Shown here: piece by piece, positions 28,553 through 43,464 of the stretch
Numbering within the stretch: position 1 is the stretch's first letter
How the letters are laid out: the number at the start of each line of letters is the position of its first letter
NCBI GenBank assembly: GCA_947632335.1
Contig: CANROX010000001.1
Span: 5,653-69,652, forward strand
Length of the DNA: 64,000 nt
From: an uncultured Clostridia bacterium
Lineage (GTDB): Bacteria > Bacillota > Clostridia > Oscillospirales > Acutalibacteraceae
Direction: 5' to 3'
Program-made: the position numbers and the translations under genes
Notes under the pieces: generated by a model
Databases searched by the model: none
What the model was told of the DNA's origin: nothing
What the model saw: the letters and a program-made list of their open reading frames with translations, nothing else

Positions 28553-29509
28553 TTACTCTGATGTTTTAATATTATGACAGTCACCCTCAAAAAGGGGAGT
28601 TGAAAAGTACCTTTCCGCTGTATCGGGAAGTACAGTTACAACGGTTTTTCCCTCTCCCAGCTTTTCTGCCAGCTTTAGTGCGGCGGCAACATTCGTACCG
28701 CTGGAAATTCCGCACATAATTCCCTCTTTGCGTGCAAGGTCCTTGGCGGTGCTTATTGCTTCTTCATCGGAGACAATGTAGATATTGTCGTAAATATTCT
28801 GATTAAGTATATCGGGAATAATTCCGTCCCCAATGCCCATTTGCAGATGTGTGCCGATTGTACCCCCTGCAAGGATAGCTGCATTTTTAGGTTCAACCGC
28901 CCAAATTTCAATGTCAGGATACTGCGCTTTTAGAACTTCTCCAATACCTGTGATTGTACCTCCTGTGCCAATTCCCGAACAAAAGCCGTGAATAGGGGAG
29001 GCAACCTGCTCCATAATCTCAAGGGCTGTGTGGTTTTTATGGGCGTTAATATTGTTGATGTTAGCAAACTGCTGGGGTACAAAAACCTTTGGGTTCTCCT
29101 CCTGCATTTTAAGGGCTGTCTTTAAACACTTATCAATACATTCCCCTATGTCCCCTGCGTCGTGGATAAGCCTTACTTCTGCGCCGTAGTGGGCAACCAG
29201 CTTTCTCCTTTCTTCGCTGACGGAGTCCGGCATAATAATAATTGTTTTATATCCCTTTACAGCCCCTACCAGTGCAAGACCTATGCCCTGGTTTCCGCTG
29301 GTGGGTTCAACAATAATTGTGTCACTTTTGATTTTTCCCTCTTTTTCTGCCTGTTGTATCATATTAAAGGCTGTTCTTGTTTTAATTGAACCGCCAACAT
29401 TAAGACCCTCAAATTTCAGCAGTATTTCTGCATTTCCCGGCTTGTTCATACGGTTAAGCCTTACTATGGGAGTGTGGCCGATAGCCTCCAAAACATTACT
29501 GTATATCAT
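28553..29509 (-). CDS. cysK: Cysteine synthase A (O-acetylserine sulfhydrylase)
   Basis: IGHTPIVRL, the PLP lysine context GGSIKTR, and GIGTGGTITG. Confidence 0.9.
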   Translation of the reverse strand: MIYSNVLEAIGHTPIVRLNRMNKPGNAEILLKFEGLNVGGSIKTRTAFNMIQQAEKEGKIKSDTIIVEPTSGNQGIGLALVGAVKGYKTIIIMPDSVSEERRKLVAHYGAEVRLIHDAGDIGECIDKCLKTALKMQEENPKVFVPQQFANINNINAHKNHTALEIMEQVASPIHGFCSGIGTGGTITGIGEVLKAQYPDIEIWAVEPKNAAILAGGTIGTHLQMGIGDGIIPDILNQNIYDNIYIVSDEEAISTAKDLARKEGIMCGISSGTNVAAALKLAEKLGEGKTVVTVLPDTAERYFSTPLFEGDCHNIKTSE

Positions 29510-29604
29510 AGGTAGTCACCTTCTTTCCTGTTGTCAAACTGCCATTACCACTATTATATGTTTTTATTCCTGTGTCTGCAATAGAAAATTTGAAAAATAT
29601 TCCT

Positions 29605-30039
29605 TTAAACAGTTTCTATAAGTTTTCTAAGGGACTTTTCAAAGGTAATGTCCTGTCCCTTATTTCTCTTTTTAGGGCCTTTAAGATGATTACCTGCCAT
29701 TCTCTCCTTTTTTCCTATATAACGGGTCATAAGCAGGGTATCTATATTGTGGTTTGTGTATACAAGTCCGTTTTGGTTTATGGGTGTTGCTCCCTTTCCC
29801 AGGCAAAGGGCTCCAAGTCCATAGTCCTGGGTCACAACAATATCCCCCTTTTTAACAAGATTTGCAATTTTAAGGTCGGCGGAGTCCGCACCCTTTTCAA
29901 CAGTTATTGTATCTGCGTATTCTAAATTAAAAATATGGGAGGTGTCTGTAACTATGGTACAGGGAATATTATATTCCTTTGCCACCTTAACTGTAATATT
30001 AACCACAGGACAGCCGTCGCCGTCAATATATATTTTCAT
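29605..30039 (-). CDS. YaiI/YqxD family (UPF0178) protein
   Basis: MKIYIDGDGCPV start typical of UPF0178; 144 aa. Confidence 0.75.
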   Translation of the reverse strand: MKIYIDGDGCPVVNITVKVAKEYNIPCTIVTDTSHIFNLEYADTITVEKGADSADLKIANLVKKGDIVVTQDYGLGALCLGKGATPINQNGLVYTNHNIDTLLMTRYIGKKERMAGNHLKGPKKRNKGQDITFEKSLRKLIETV

Positions 30040-30117
30040 ATTATCACCTTTGCTCCTACTATTTTAACAGTATCCTTTTGTGTTGACAAGTTGAAATGGG
30101 AATTTTATAATCTAATT

Positions 30118-31500
30118 ATGAAAATGTTTGAATACTTTGAAGATTATTTAAAAAAGAATATATATCCCTTTCATATGCCGGGCAATAAGAGAAAGGACGG
30201 TTACCGTAATGATTTTACAGAGGTGGAGGGTCTTGATAATCTATATTACCCACAGGGCATTATAAAGGAAAGTCTGGAGAGAATAAAAAACCTTTACGGC
30301 ACTAAGGAAAGTTATATTCTTGTAAACGGAAGTACCGCAGGTATTCTTGCCGCCATTACCGCTGTTACAAAAAAGGGGGACCATATCCTTGTTGCAAGGA
30401 ACTGCCACAAGTCCGTTTACAACGCAGTGGATATATGGAATTTAGTGCCCCACTATGTTATGCCAAAGGTTATTTGCGGTATGGAGGGGGAAATCAGTCC
30501 CCTAAGTGTTGAAAGAGAATTAAAGAATAACAATATAAAAGCCTGCGTTATAACTTCCCCCACCTATGAGGGAATAGTAAGCGATATAAAGGGAATTGCA
30601 CAGGTTTGCCGCAAATACGGTGTTATACTTATTGTGGACGAGGCCCACGGCAGTCACCTTAGGTTCAGTCCCTATTTTCCTGTTTCCGCAGTGGAGTGCG
30701 GGGCGGATATTGTTATACACAGTACTCACAAAACTCTTACTTCCCTTACAGGCACAGGGCTGCTCCACATCTGTTCTGACAGGGTGGAAAAAAACCTTGT
30801 GGGGAAAAGGCTGGGGTACTTCCAGACCTCCTCTCCAAACTACATAATGATGGCGTCGGTGGACAGATGTATATGCGACATAATGGAAAACGGCAACAGG
30901 ATGTTTTCAGAGTACACAGGTCTGTTAGAGGATTTTTACAGAAAAAGCGAGGACCTTGAAAATCTTTCAGTTTTCAGAGGTGGTGGAGTGTTTGGCTTTG
31001 ATAAGGGGAAAATTGTAATTTCCACCGCAGGTACAAATATTTCCGGCACTGTTTTGCAGTCATTACTTAGGGAGAAATATCTTATTGAAGTTGAGATGTC
31101 AAACATAAATTACGCCCTTGCCCTCACCAGTATTAATGACAGCAGAGAGGGTTTTATAAGGCTGACAGACGCACTTTTTGAAATTGACGGAGGACTTGAA
31201 AAAAACGAAGAAACACAAAGTCCTGTCTGCCATATAAAGCCACAAATAAAATATAATATTTGGGAAACAGAGGATATGGAAAGGGAAAGCCTGCCCCTTG
31301 AAAACAGCATTGGCAGGGTTTCCGCCCGGTATATATATGCCTATCCGCCGGGAAGTCCCATTGTGGCTCCGGGAGAGGTGATGACGAAAGACATAGTTTG
31401 TGAAATTATGAGAATGGTAAAAAACAAAGTCAATGTTATAAGTGAGGAGGGTAATCTTCCAATATCTGTTCAAGTCCTATTGACACATAAAGAAAAATAG
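30118..31500 (+). CDS. Orn/Lys/Arg decarboxylase-family PLP enzyme
   Basis: FHMPGNKR and the PLP-lysine motif HSTHKTL. I set the start at the ATG at 30118 (MKMFEYF); the track's upstream extension overlaps the divergent yaiI gene. Confidence 0.8.
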   Translation: MKMFEYFEDYLKKNIYPFHMPGNKRKDGYRNDFTEVEGLDNLYYPQGIIKESLERIKNLYGTKESYILVNGSTAGILAAITAVTKKGDHILVARNCHKSVYNAVDIWNLVPHYVMPKVICGMEGEISPLSVERELKNNNIKACVITSPTYEGIVSDIKGIAQVCRKYGVILIVDEAHGSHLRFSPYFPVSAVECGADIVIHSTHKTLTSLTGTGLLHICSDRVEKNLVGKRLGYFQTSSPNYIMMASVDRCICDIMENGNRMFSEYTGLLEDFYRKSEDLENLSVFRGGGVFGFDKGKIVISTAGTNISGTVLQSLLREKYLIEVEMSNINYALALTSINDSREGFIRLTDALFEIDGGLEKNEETQSPVCHIKPQIKYNIWETEDMERESLPLENSIGRVSARYIYAYPPGSPIVAPGEVMTKDIVCEIMRMVKNKVNVISEEGNLPISVQVLLTHKEK

Positions 31501-31538
31501 GATAAAATAATCTTAATAATATAAGGGGGTAAATTCCT

Positions 31539-31691
31539 ATGAAAAGAATTATTACTGTGAATACAAGAAATCTTACAGAATCTGTTAAAAAGGGCGGTTG
31601 CGGCGAATGTCAGACATCCTGCCAGTCCGCATGTAAGACTTCCTGCGGTATTGCCAACCAGCAGTGCGAACAGCTAAAGGCAGAGAAATAA
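31539..31691 (+). CDS. scfA: SCIFF six-cysteine RiPP (ranthipeptide) precursor peptide, 50 aa
   Basis: Not in the ORF track because it is under 60 aa. My translation is MKRIITVNTRNLTESVKKGGCGECQTSCQSACKTSCGIANQQCEQLKAEK, which contains the SCIFF core GGCGECQTSCQSACKTSC with six Cys. SD GGGGG lies 9 nt upstream, and the gene is immediately followed by a radical SAM maturase. Confidence 0.85.
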   Translation: MKRIITVNTRNLTESVKKGGCGECQTSCQSACKTSCGIANQQCEQLKAEK

Positions 31692-31708
31692 TTTACAAAT
31701 TCCTAAGG

Positions 31709-31737
31709 TCGCCGTAGGGTTTCCTATGGCGATTTTT
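31709..31737 (+). terminator. Intrinsic terminator/attenuator between the SCIFF precursor and its maturase
   Basis: TCGCCGTAGG-gttt-CCTATGGCGA 10-bp stem (one G-U pair) followed by TTTTT. Confidence 0.65.
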
Positions 31738-31764
31738 GTTGCAGGGATTTTTACGGAGGGGTAT

Positions 31765-33147
31765 ATGGTACACTGTTACAAGAATAACGGCTACAACATT
31801 GTTCTGGACAGCAATTCGGGAAGTGTTCACGCTGTGGACGATGTGGCGTTTGAAGTTATTGATAAATACGAAACAAGGAGCAAAGAGGAAATTATTTTTG
31901 AGTTATCCTCAAAGTATCCGGAAATCACCGTTTCCGACATTGAAGATGTTTTTGCGGATATTGAGGAGTTGAAAAAACAGGGCAAGCTGTTTTCAGAGGA
32001 TACATTCAGGGATTTGGAAATTGATATTCAGGCTCGCCCCACAAACCTTAAGGCTATGTGTTTGCATATTGCCCACGACTGCAATCTTGCTTGTAAGTAC
32101 TGTTTTGCGGGAGAGGGAGAATACTGCGGCGACAGGTCTTTAATGACCTTTGAGGTGGGAAAAAGGGCCATTGATTTTCTCATCGAACAAAGCGGTTCAA
32201 GAAAAAATTTAGAGGTAGACTTCTTCGGGGGAGAACCTCTTATGAATTTTGAAGTAGTAAAACAGATTGTTGCCTATGCACGGAGCATTGAAAAGGATAA
32301 GGGCAAAAATTTCCGTTTTACCCTTACCACAAACGGTGTTCTCCTTGATGATGAGGTTATGGACTGGGCAAACAGGGAATGTTACAATGTGGTTCTTTCC
32401 TTAGATGGCAGAAAGGAAACTAACGACAGAATGAGGGTGTCCCGAAACAACAAGGGGTGCTACGACCTGATTGTTCCGAAATTTCAGAAAATGGCGGAAA
32501 AGAGAAATCAGCAGGGCTACTATATTCGTGGCACATACACCCACTACAACACGGATTTTTCAAAGGATATTCTACATATGGCTGACCTTGGGTTTCAACA
32601 GCTTGCTATGGAGCCTGTTGTGGCAGACCCCAATATGGATTATGCCCTCAGGGACAGCGATATTCCTGTTCTTAAAGAACAGTACGATTTGCTTGCAAGG
32701 GAAATGTGCAAAAGAAACCGTAGCGGCAAGGGCTTTACTTTCTTTCACTATATGATTGACCTTGAGGCAGGCCCCTGTATCTACAAGAGAATTTCAGGCT
32801 GCGGTGTGGGTACGGACTATATGGCGGTTACGCCTTGGGGCGACCTTTACCCCTGCCACCAGTTTGTGGGGGACGAAAAATTCCTTTTGGGAAATGTCTT
32901 TGACGGCGTAAAGAACAAGGAGCTTGTAAAGGAATTTAAACTGTGTAATGTATATTCCAGAGAGGCCTGCAAGGATTGCTTTGCAAGGCTGTACTGTTCC
33001 GGCGGCTGTTCCGCAAACGCCTACCACAGAACAGGCAAAATTACAGGCACCTGTGATATGAGCTGTGAGCTACACAGAAAAAGAGTGGAGAATGCAATTA
33101 TGATTAAGGTGGACCAGATGTACCACAGTATGGAGGATAAAAAATAG
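31765..33147 (+). CDS. scfB: SCIFF radical SAM/SPASM maturase
   Basis: MVHCYKNNGYNIVLDSNSGSVHAVDD N-terminus, CNLACKYC radical SAM cluster motif and a Cys-rich SPASM C-terminus (CGVG...CKDC...CSGGC). I set the start at ATG 31765 after the GGAGGG SD; the track's start at 31726 lies inside the terminator hairpin. Confidence 0.85.
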   Translation: MVHCYKNNGYNIVLDSNSGSVHAVDDVAFEVIDKYETRSKEEIIFELSSKYPEITVSDIEDVFADIEELKKQGKLFSEDTFRDLEIDIQARPTNLKAMCLHIAHDCNLACKYCFAGEGEYCGDRSLMTFEVGKRAIDFLIEQSGSRKNLEVDFFGGEPLMNFEVVKQIVAYARSIEKDKGKNFRFTLTTNGVLLDDEVMDWANRECYNVVLSLDGRKETNDRMRVSRNNKGCYDLIVPKFQKMAEKRNQQGYYIRGTYTHYNTDFSKDILHMADLGFQQLAMEPVVADPNMDYALRDSDIPVLKEQYDLLAREMCKRNRSGKGFTFFHYMIDLEAGPCIYKRISGCGVGTDYMAVTPWGDLYPCHQFVGDEKFLLGNVFDGVKNKELVKEFKLCNVYSREACKDCFARLYCSGGCSANAYHRTGKITGTCDMSCELHRKRVENAIMIKVDQMYHSMEDKK

Positions 33148-33194
33148 GACTGTTCAAAAGAACAGTCCTTAGGCTGTACCCAACGGTACAGCCT
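33146..33194 (+). other. Two back-to-back perfect 10-bp hairpins directly after scfB
   Basis: AGGACTGTTC-aaaa-GAACAGTCCT (33146-33169) and AGGCTGTACC-caac-GGTACAGCCT (33171-33194). Neither has a clear T-run. Confidence 0.6.
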
Positions 33195-33268
33195 GCTAAA
33201 AGAGTATAGGTATAAAACAAAGTAACAGTTCTTTAGGAGGAACTGATTACCTGTTAACTAAGTAACTA

Positions 33269-33304
33269 GAGCCGGCTTTCTGCACTGATACAGAAAGCCG
33301 GCTC
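33269..33304. terminator. 14-bp GC-rich hairpin between the convergent scfB and glnA genes
   Basis: GAGCCGGCTTTCTG-cactgata-CAGAAAGCCGGCTC. U-tracts are weak on both sides, so the direction is ambiguous. Confidence 0.55.
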
Positions 33305-33330
33305 GTCTTTGAGTCAGATTAAAATTTTTA

Positions 33331-35418
33331 TTAAACACCAAACAGGAGCTGGTCGTATGTGGGATATGGCCAGTATTCTGAAGATGTAACTGTTTCCATA
33401 GCGTCGCTGACTGCACGAAGCTCGTTCATAGTGGCAAATACCGTGTCATGGTAGAAGTTGGCCTTTTCCTGTGCAGACTCAATGGCACTGCCCTTAACAA
33501 CTGCCTCCTCCAGCTTTTCAATCTTATCTGCAAAGGAAACAAGATTGTTGGAAAGAGTCATAATAAGGTCTGTTTCTACAGAGGTTGGGATTGCGTCGGA
33601 GAGCTGCTTTTTGGCAAGCACTGTGTCGGTAAGCTCCTTTACAAAACGGGAAACTGCCGGAAGAATATCCTGCTTTGCCATTTCAAGCATTGTAAGAGCC
33701 TCAATGTTGATTTCCTTAGCATATTCCTCAAGGAGAATTTCCTTACGAGCCTTGATTTCAATTTCGTCGTGAACATTATTCTTAACAAAGAGGTCAATGT
33801 TCTTCTGGTCGTCAAAGTGGGCTACAGCCTCAGGAAGTGTTCTGTAGTTGCTGAGTCCTCTCTTTTCAGCCTCAACAGGCCATTCTGATGAGTAACCGTC
33901 GCCGTTGAATACAACCCTTTTGTGTTCCTTAAAGGTTCTTCTGATAAGCCTCTTAATGGCTACTTCCTTATCCTCGGCTGCTTCAACCTCATCGCAGAAC
34001 TGGTTAAGCTCTTCTGCCATAATTGTGTTAATCATAATGTTAGGACAGGCAATATTGACTGCTGAACCCAACATTCTGAATTCAAACCTGTTACCTGTAA
34101 AGGCAAAGGGTGAAGTTCTGTTTCTGTCTGTGGTATCTTTCTTAAATTCCGGAAGAACATCTACGCCAAGGTGCATTGGAACCTTGCCGGGAGCCTCGTA
34201 ATCTGTCTTGTTGACAATGGACTCAACAACAGCCTCCAGTTCATCGCCAAGGAACATTGATACAATGGCGGGAGGAGCCTCGTTTGCTCCAAGTCGGTGG
34301 TCGTTGCCGGCAGAGGCTACTGAAATTCTAAGGAGGTCTGCAAATTCGTCAACGCCTTTCATAATAGCCGCTAAGATAAACAGGAACTGGGTGTTGTTGG
34401 CAGGGTCTTTGCCCGGACTAATAAGATTTTCACCGTCGCTTGTGCTTAAAGACCAGTTGTTGTGTTTACCTGAACCGTTTACGCCGGCAAAGGGCTTTTC
34501 GTGAAGCAGACAAACCATACCGTGCTTTTCAGCCGTCTTTTTAAGAGTTTCCATTACAAGCTGGTTGTGGTCTGTAGCAACATTTGTTGTTGCAAAAATC
34601 GGGGCAACCTCGTGCTGTGCAGGGGCAACTTCGTTATGTCTGGTCTTTGATGTAATACCCAACTTCCAAAGCTCAACATCAAGGTCTGCCATAAATTCTT
34701 TAACCCTTGTTTTAAGTGAACCGAAGTAGTGGTCGTCAAGCTCCTGTCCCTTAGGGGCTGCCGCACCGAAAAGTGTTCTGCCTGTAAAAATAAGGTCCTT
34801 TCTCTGGTCGTAATACTTTTTGTCAACAAGGAAGTACTCCTGTTCAGGACCAACTGTTGAATTTACTTTCCGCACATCTTTGCCGAAGAGTTTAAGTGTT
34901 CGGCAGGCGGCCTTTGAAAGAACCTCCATAGAACGGAGAAGAGGAGTCTTCTTGTCAAGAGCCTCTCCTGTATATGAACAGAAAGCTGTGGGAATATATA
35001 AAGTAGTATCTCTAATGAAAGCAGGGGAAGTAGGGTCCCATGCTGTATAACCTCTTGCCTCAAATGTTGCACGAATACCGCCGCTTGGGAAGGAGGAAGC
35101 GTCCGGCTCACCTTTAACAAGTTCCTTACCGCCGAAATCCATAATAACGGAGTCGTTGCCCTCAGGATTAATAAAACTGTCGTGCTTTTCAGCCGTAATA
35201 CCTGTCATTGGCTGGAACCAGTGGGTATAGTGGGTACAACCCTTTTCTACAGCCCAGTCTTTCATTGCGTTTGCCACAACATTTGCAACTGAAATATCAA
35301 GGGGTTCGCCAAGGTCGATTGTCCTTTTGAGAGCCTTGTATGTAGCCTTAGGAAGTCTTTCCCTCATTGTAGCGTCGTTAAATACATTACTGCCAAATAG
35401 TTCTGGAATGTTTACCAT
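33331..35418 (-). CDS. glnA: Glutamine synthetase, type III
   Basis: 695 aa. The N-terminus [34 protein letters not shown] and the overall length are typical of GSIII (GlnN-type). SD GGAG lies upstream. Confidence 0.9.
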   Translation of the reverse strand: MVNIPELFGSNVFNDATMRERLPKATYKALKRTIDLGEPLDISVANVVANAMKDWAVEKGCTHYTHWFQPMTGITAEKHDSFINPEGNDSVIMDFGGKELVKGEPDASSFPSGGIRATFEARGYTAWDPTSPAFIRDTTLYIPTAFCSYTGEALDKKTPLLRSMEVLSKAACRTLKLFGKDVRKVNSTVGPEQEYFLVDKKYYDQRKDLIFTGRTLFGAAAPKGQELDDHYFGSLKTRVKEFMADLDVELWKLGITSKTRHNEVAPAQHEVAPIFATTNVATDHNQLVMETLKKTAEKHGMVCLLHEKPFAGVNGSGKHNNWSLSTSDGENLISPGKDPANNTQFLFILAAIMKGVDEFADLLRISVASAGNDHRLGANEAPPAIVSMFLGDELEAVVESIVNKTDYEAPGKVPMHLGVDVLPEFKKDTTDRNRTSPFAFTGNRFEFRMLGSAVNIACPNIMINTIMAEELNQFCDEVEAAEDKEVAIKRLIRRTFKEHKRVVFNGDGYSSEWPVEAEKRGLSNYRTLPEAVAHFDDQKNIDLFVKNNVHDEIEIKARKEILLEEYAKEINIEALTMLEMAKQDILPAVSRFVKELTDTVLAKKQLSDAIPTSVETDLIMTLSNNLVSFADKIEKLEEAVVKGSAIESAQEKANFYHDTVFATMNELRAVSDAMETVTSSEYWPYPTYDQLLFGV

Positions 35419-35457
35419 TGTTAAAATCTCCTATCCCGGTAAAAATTGACTATAAGC

Positions 35458-35493
35458 AAAAAATGGCGCAGCAGATTACTCTGCAGCGCCATT
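35458..35493 (-). terminator. Intrinsic terminator inside the glnA 5-prime leader (attenuator)
   Basis: The minus strand reads AATGGCGCTGCAG-agtaat-CTGCTGCGCCATT followed by TTTTTT. It sits between the promoter and the glnA SD. Confidence 0.65.
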
Positions 35494-35510
35494 GCTGTGT
35501 CGTTACCCAC

Positions 35511-35539
35511 ATTATATGCTCAAAGAGGGAGTAAGTCAA
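35511..35539 (-). promoter_or_regulatory. glnA promoter (TTGACT-17-TATAAT)
   Basis: On the minus strand: TTGACT at 35539-35534, an exact 17-nt spacer, and TATAAT at 35516-35511. Confidence 0.65.
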
Positions 35540-35949
35540 GAGTTTTTTCAAAAGAAATCACGTTTTTGCAGGAATTTCAGTGTAACTTGCAAAAACAACA
35601 ATGAAATTAAGAATAAACCTATGGAAATTGCACAAATAAGAAAGAAGATGTAGAAATTATTGCAAAAACCCTTTTCTCCGTCTTGACTTAATCCGGACTT
35701 TAAATATATAATATTAAAGTATTCAGGCACCTTTTCTATTCATATATATACTTTTGGGTGTAATTTTATTCATAAGGTGCATTGAAAGTTTAAGGGGATA
35801 TGCCTTTAAAGACGGGGCGGGATTTCCAGCGGAAAAATTTATGGGTTTTCCCGACTTTTTGTCCCTTTAGGTCTTTATTAAGAAGAAAAATTTTGTTATA
35901 ATTCTTATATGCAATATCTTCTAACATAATATAGTATAAAATATAGTGA

Positions 35950-36528
35950 GTGATTTGTGTGAAAAAGGCGGTTATTGTTTCAAAAGCTACAAATAAAGAG
36001 GCATTAAAGGAACTGCTTAGTACAGAGGGTTTTGACCATATTGATTTTGCAGAAACCTCAGACCAGGTGTGCCGGATTATCAGCGGGGACGAAGATGTTG
36101 AACTAATACTTATTAACGCCCCCTTAAAGGAAGAGAGCGGTCTTGACCTTGCAGTACAGTGCAGTAAAAGTACCATTGCAAGCATTATGGTAATTGTTCG
36201 GGCGGAAAAGTCCGCAGAGGTTGCCCATATCCTTACTTCCCAGGGAATTATGGTTATCGGCAAGCCTATAAGCCGTCATCTTTTTCATCACTATCTTTTA
36301 TTCTCGGAATGTTTTAAAAAGAGGATAAGACGGGTAGTTAAGGAAAACAATAAGCTAAGGTCACAGGTGGAAACAATGAAGATTGTAAACCGTGCAAAGG
36401 TTGTGCTTATGAAGAACCTGCGAATGTCAGAAGGTCAGGCTCACCACTACCTGGAGAAACAGGCAATGGATTTGCGTAAAAGCAAGTACGAGGTTGCCAT
36501 CAATGTTTTGAGAACCTATGAAAACTAA
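35950..36528 (+). CDS. ANTAR-domain RNA-binding antiterminator with an N-terminal pseudo-receiver domain
   Basis: The C-terminus LRSQVETMKIVNRAKVVLMKNLRMSEGQAHHYLEKQAMDLRKSKYEVAINVL is an ANTAR three-helix motif. The N-terminus is REC-like but has SK in place of the acidic pair and LILINAP in place of the phospho-acceptor Asp. GTG start at 35950 (or 35959). Confidence 0.8.
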   Translation: MICVKKAVIVSKATNKEALKELLSTEGFDHIDFAETSDQVCRIISGDEDVELILINAPLKEESGLDLAVQCSKSTIASIMVIVRAEKSAEVAHILTSQGIMVIGKPISRHLFHHYLLFSECFKKRIRRVVKENNKLRSQVETMKIVNRAKVVLMKNLRMSEGQAHHYLEKQAMDLRKSKYEVAINVLRTYEN

Positions 36529-36550
36529 TATCTGAAAGGAATGTAAATTT

Positions 36551-37630
36551 ATGGAGTCAAGGGCTTATTTAATCCTTGAAAACGGAAAGGTTTTTGAGGG
36601 GAAATCCTTTGGAGCTAAGAAGGAAACAACAGGAGAACTTGTTTTTACAACGGCAATGACAGGCTATCTTGAAACACTCACCGACCCAAGTTATTACGGT
36701 CAGGTGGTTATTCAGACATTCCCTTTAATCGGCAATTACGGGGTTATTCCCTCTGATTTTGAAAGTAAGAAGCCGGCTCTGAGAGCTTATATTGTTAGAA
36801 ACAGGTGTCAGGAACCTTCCAATTTTCGTTGCGAGGGCGTACTTGACACCTTTTTAAAAGACAACGACATTCCCGGACTTTACGATATAGACACAAGAAG
36901 TCTTACAAGAATTGTCCGTGAGTACGGAGTTATGAACTGCAAGCTTACCTACAGCTTGGAAAACCTTGAAAGGGATTTACAGGAAATTAAGTCCTACAGG
37001 GTAAAAGAGGCGGTTGCAAGTACAACCCTTGATAAAGCGGAATTTTTTGAAAGCGAAAGTCATAAGAAAAAGGTTGTGCTTATGGACTTTGGGGCAAAGG
37101 CAAATATCCGTCGGGAGCTTGTAAAGAGAGGCTGTGATGTAACGGTTGTTCCGTCCTTTACCACAGCAGAGGAAATAAAGGCTATGAATGCAGACGGAGT
37201 TATGCTAAGCAACGGCCCCGGCGACCCAACGGAAAATGTGGAAGTTATTGAGGAGCTTAAAAAGCTGGCTCAAATGAAGATACCCACATTTGGAATTTGT
37301 CTTGGACACCAGCTCCTTGCACTTTCCCAGGGTGCAAAAACAGAAAAACTTCACTACGGCCACAGAGGTGCCAACCAGCCTGCAAAGGACCTTGAAACGG
37401 GAAGAATTTACATTACAAGCCAGAACCACGGCTATGCGGTTGTAAACGACAGCCTGCCCCAAAATGCAAAGGTCAGCTTTATAAACGGCAACGACGGAAC
37501 CTGCGAGGGCGTAACATATCTTGATATGCCTGCATTTTCAGTACAGTTTCACCCGGAGGCCTGCGGCGGCCCTCAGGATACGGCGTTCCTCTTTGACAGA
37601 TTTATAGAAATGATGAATGTTGATAAATAA
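36551..37630 (+). CDS. carA: Carbamoyl-phosphate synthase small (glutaminase) subunit
   Basis: The GICLGHQLL catalytic Cys and the FHPE His/Glu region; 359 aa. Confidence 0.95.
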   Translation: MESRAYLILENGKVFEGKSFGAKKETTGELVFTTAMTGYLETLTDPSYYGQVVIQTFPLIGNYGVIPSDFESKKPALRAYIVRNRCQEPSNFRCEGVLDTFLKDNDIPGLYDIDTRSLTRIVREYGVMNCKLTYSLENLERDLQEIKSYRVKEAVASTTLDKAEFFESESHKKKVVLMDFGAKANIRRELVKRGCDVTVVPSFTTAEEIKAMNADGVMLSNGPGDPTENVEVIEELKKLAQMKIPTFGICLGHQLLALSQGAKTEKLHYGHRGANQPAKDLETGRIYITSQNHGYAVVNDSLPQNAKVSFINGNDGTCEGVTYLDMPAFSVQFHPEACGGPQDTAFLFDRFIEMMNVDK

Positions 37631-37684
37631 CAGCAGATATACAAAGTTATATCCCTTTAATATAAAGCGAAAGGATGCATATAG

Positions 37685-43439
<5,755 letters not shown>

Positions 43440-43464
43440 ATTTATATGAAAAGGAGAGTAAGAA

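Noticed and set aside
29935-30117. Upstream-extended ORF-track starts at 29935, 31726, 41778, 44808, 52723, 59099, 60504 and 22903.
   Set aside because: In each case a downstream ATG has a proper SD and matches the conserved family N-terminus. The extensions overlap neighbouring genes or terminator hairpins.
35548-35730. A 60-aa hydrophobic ORF just upstream of the glnA promoter; also 35790..36263 on the minus strand.
   Set aside because: It has a GTG start without an SD, lies in AT-rich intergenic sequence, and ends immediately before the -35 box. The second ORF overlaps the ANTAR gene in antisense. There is no supporting motif.
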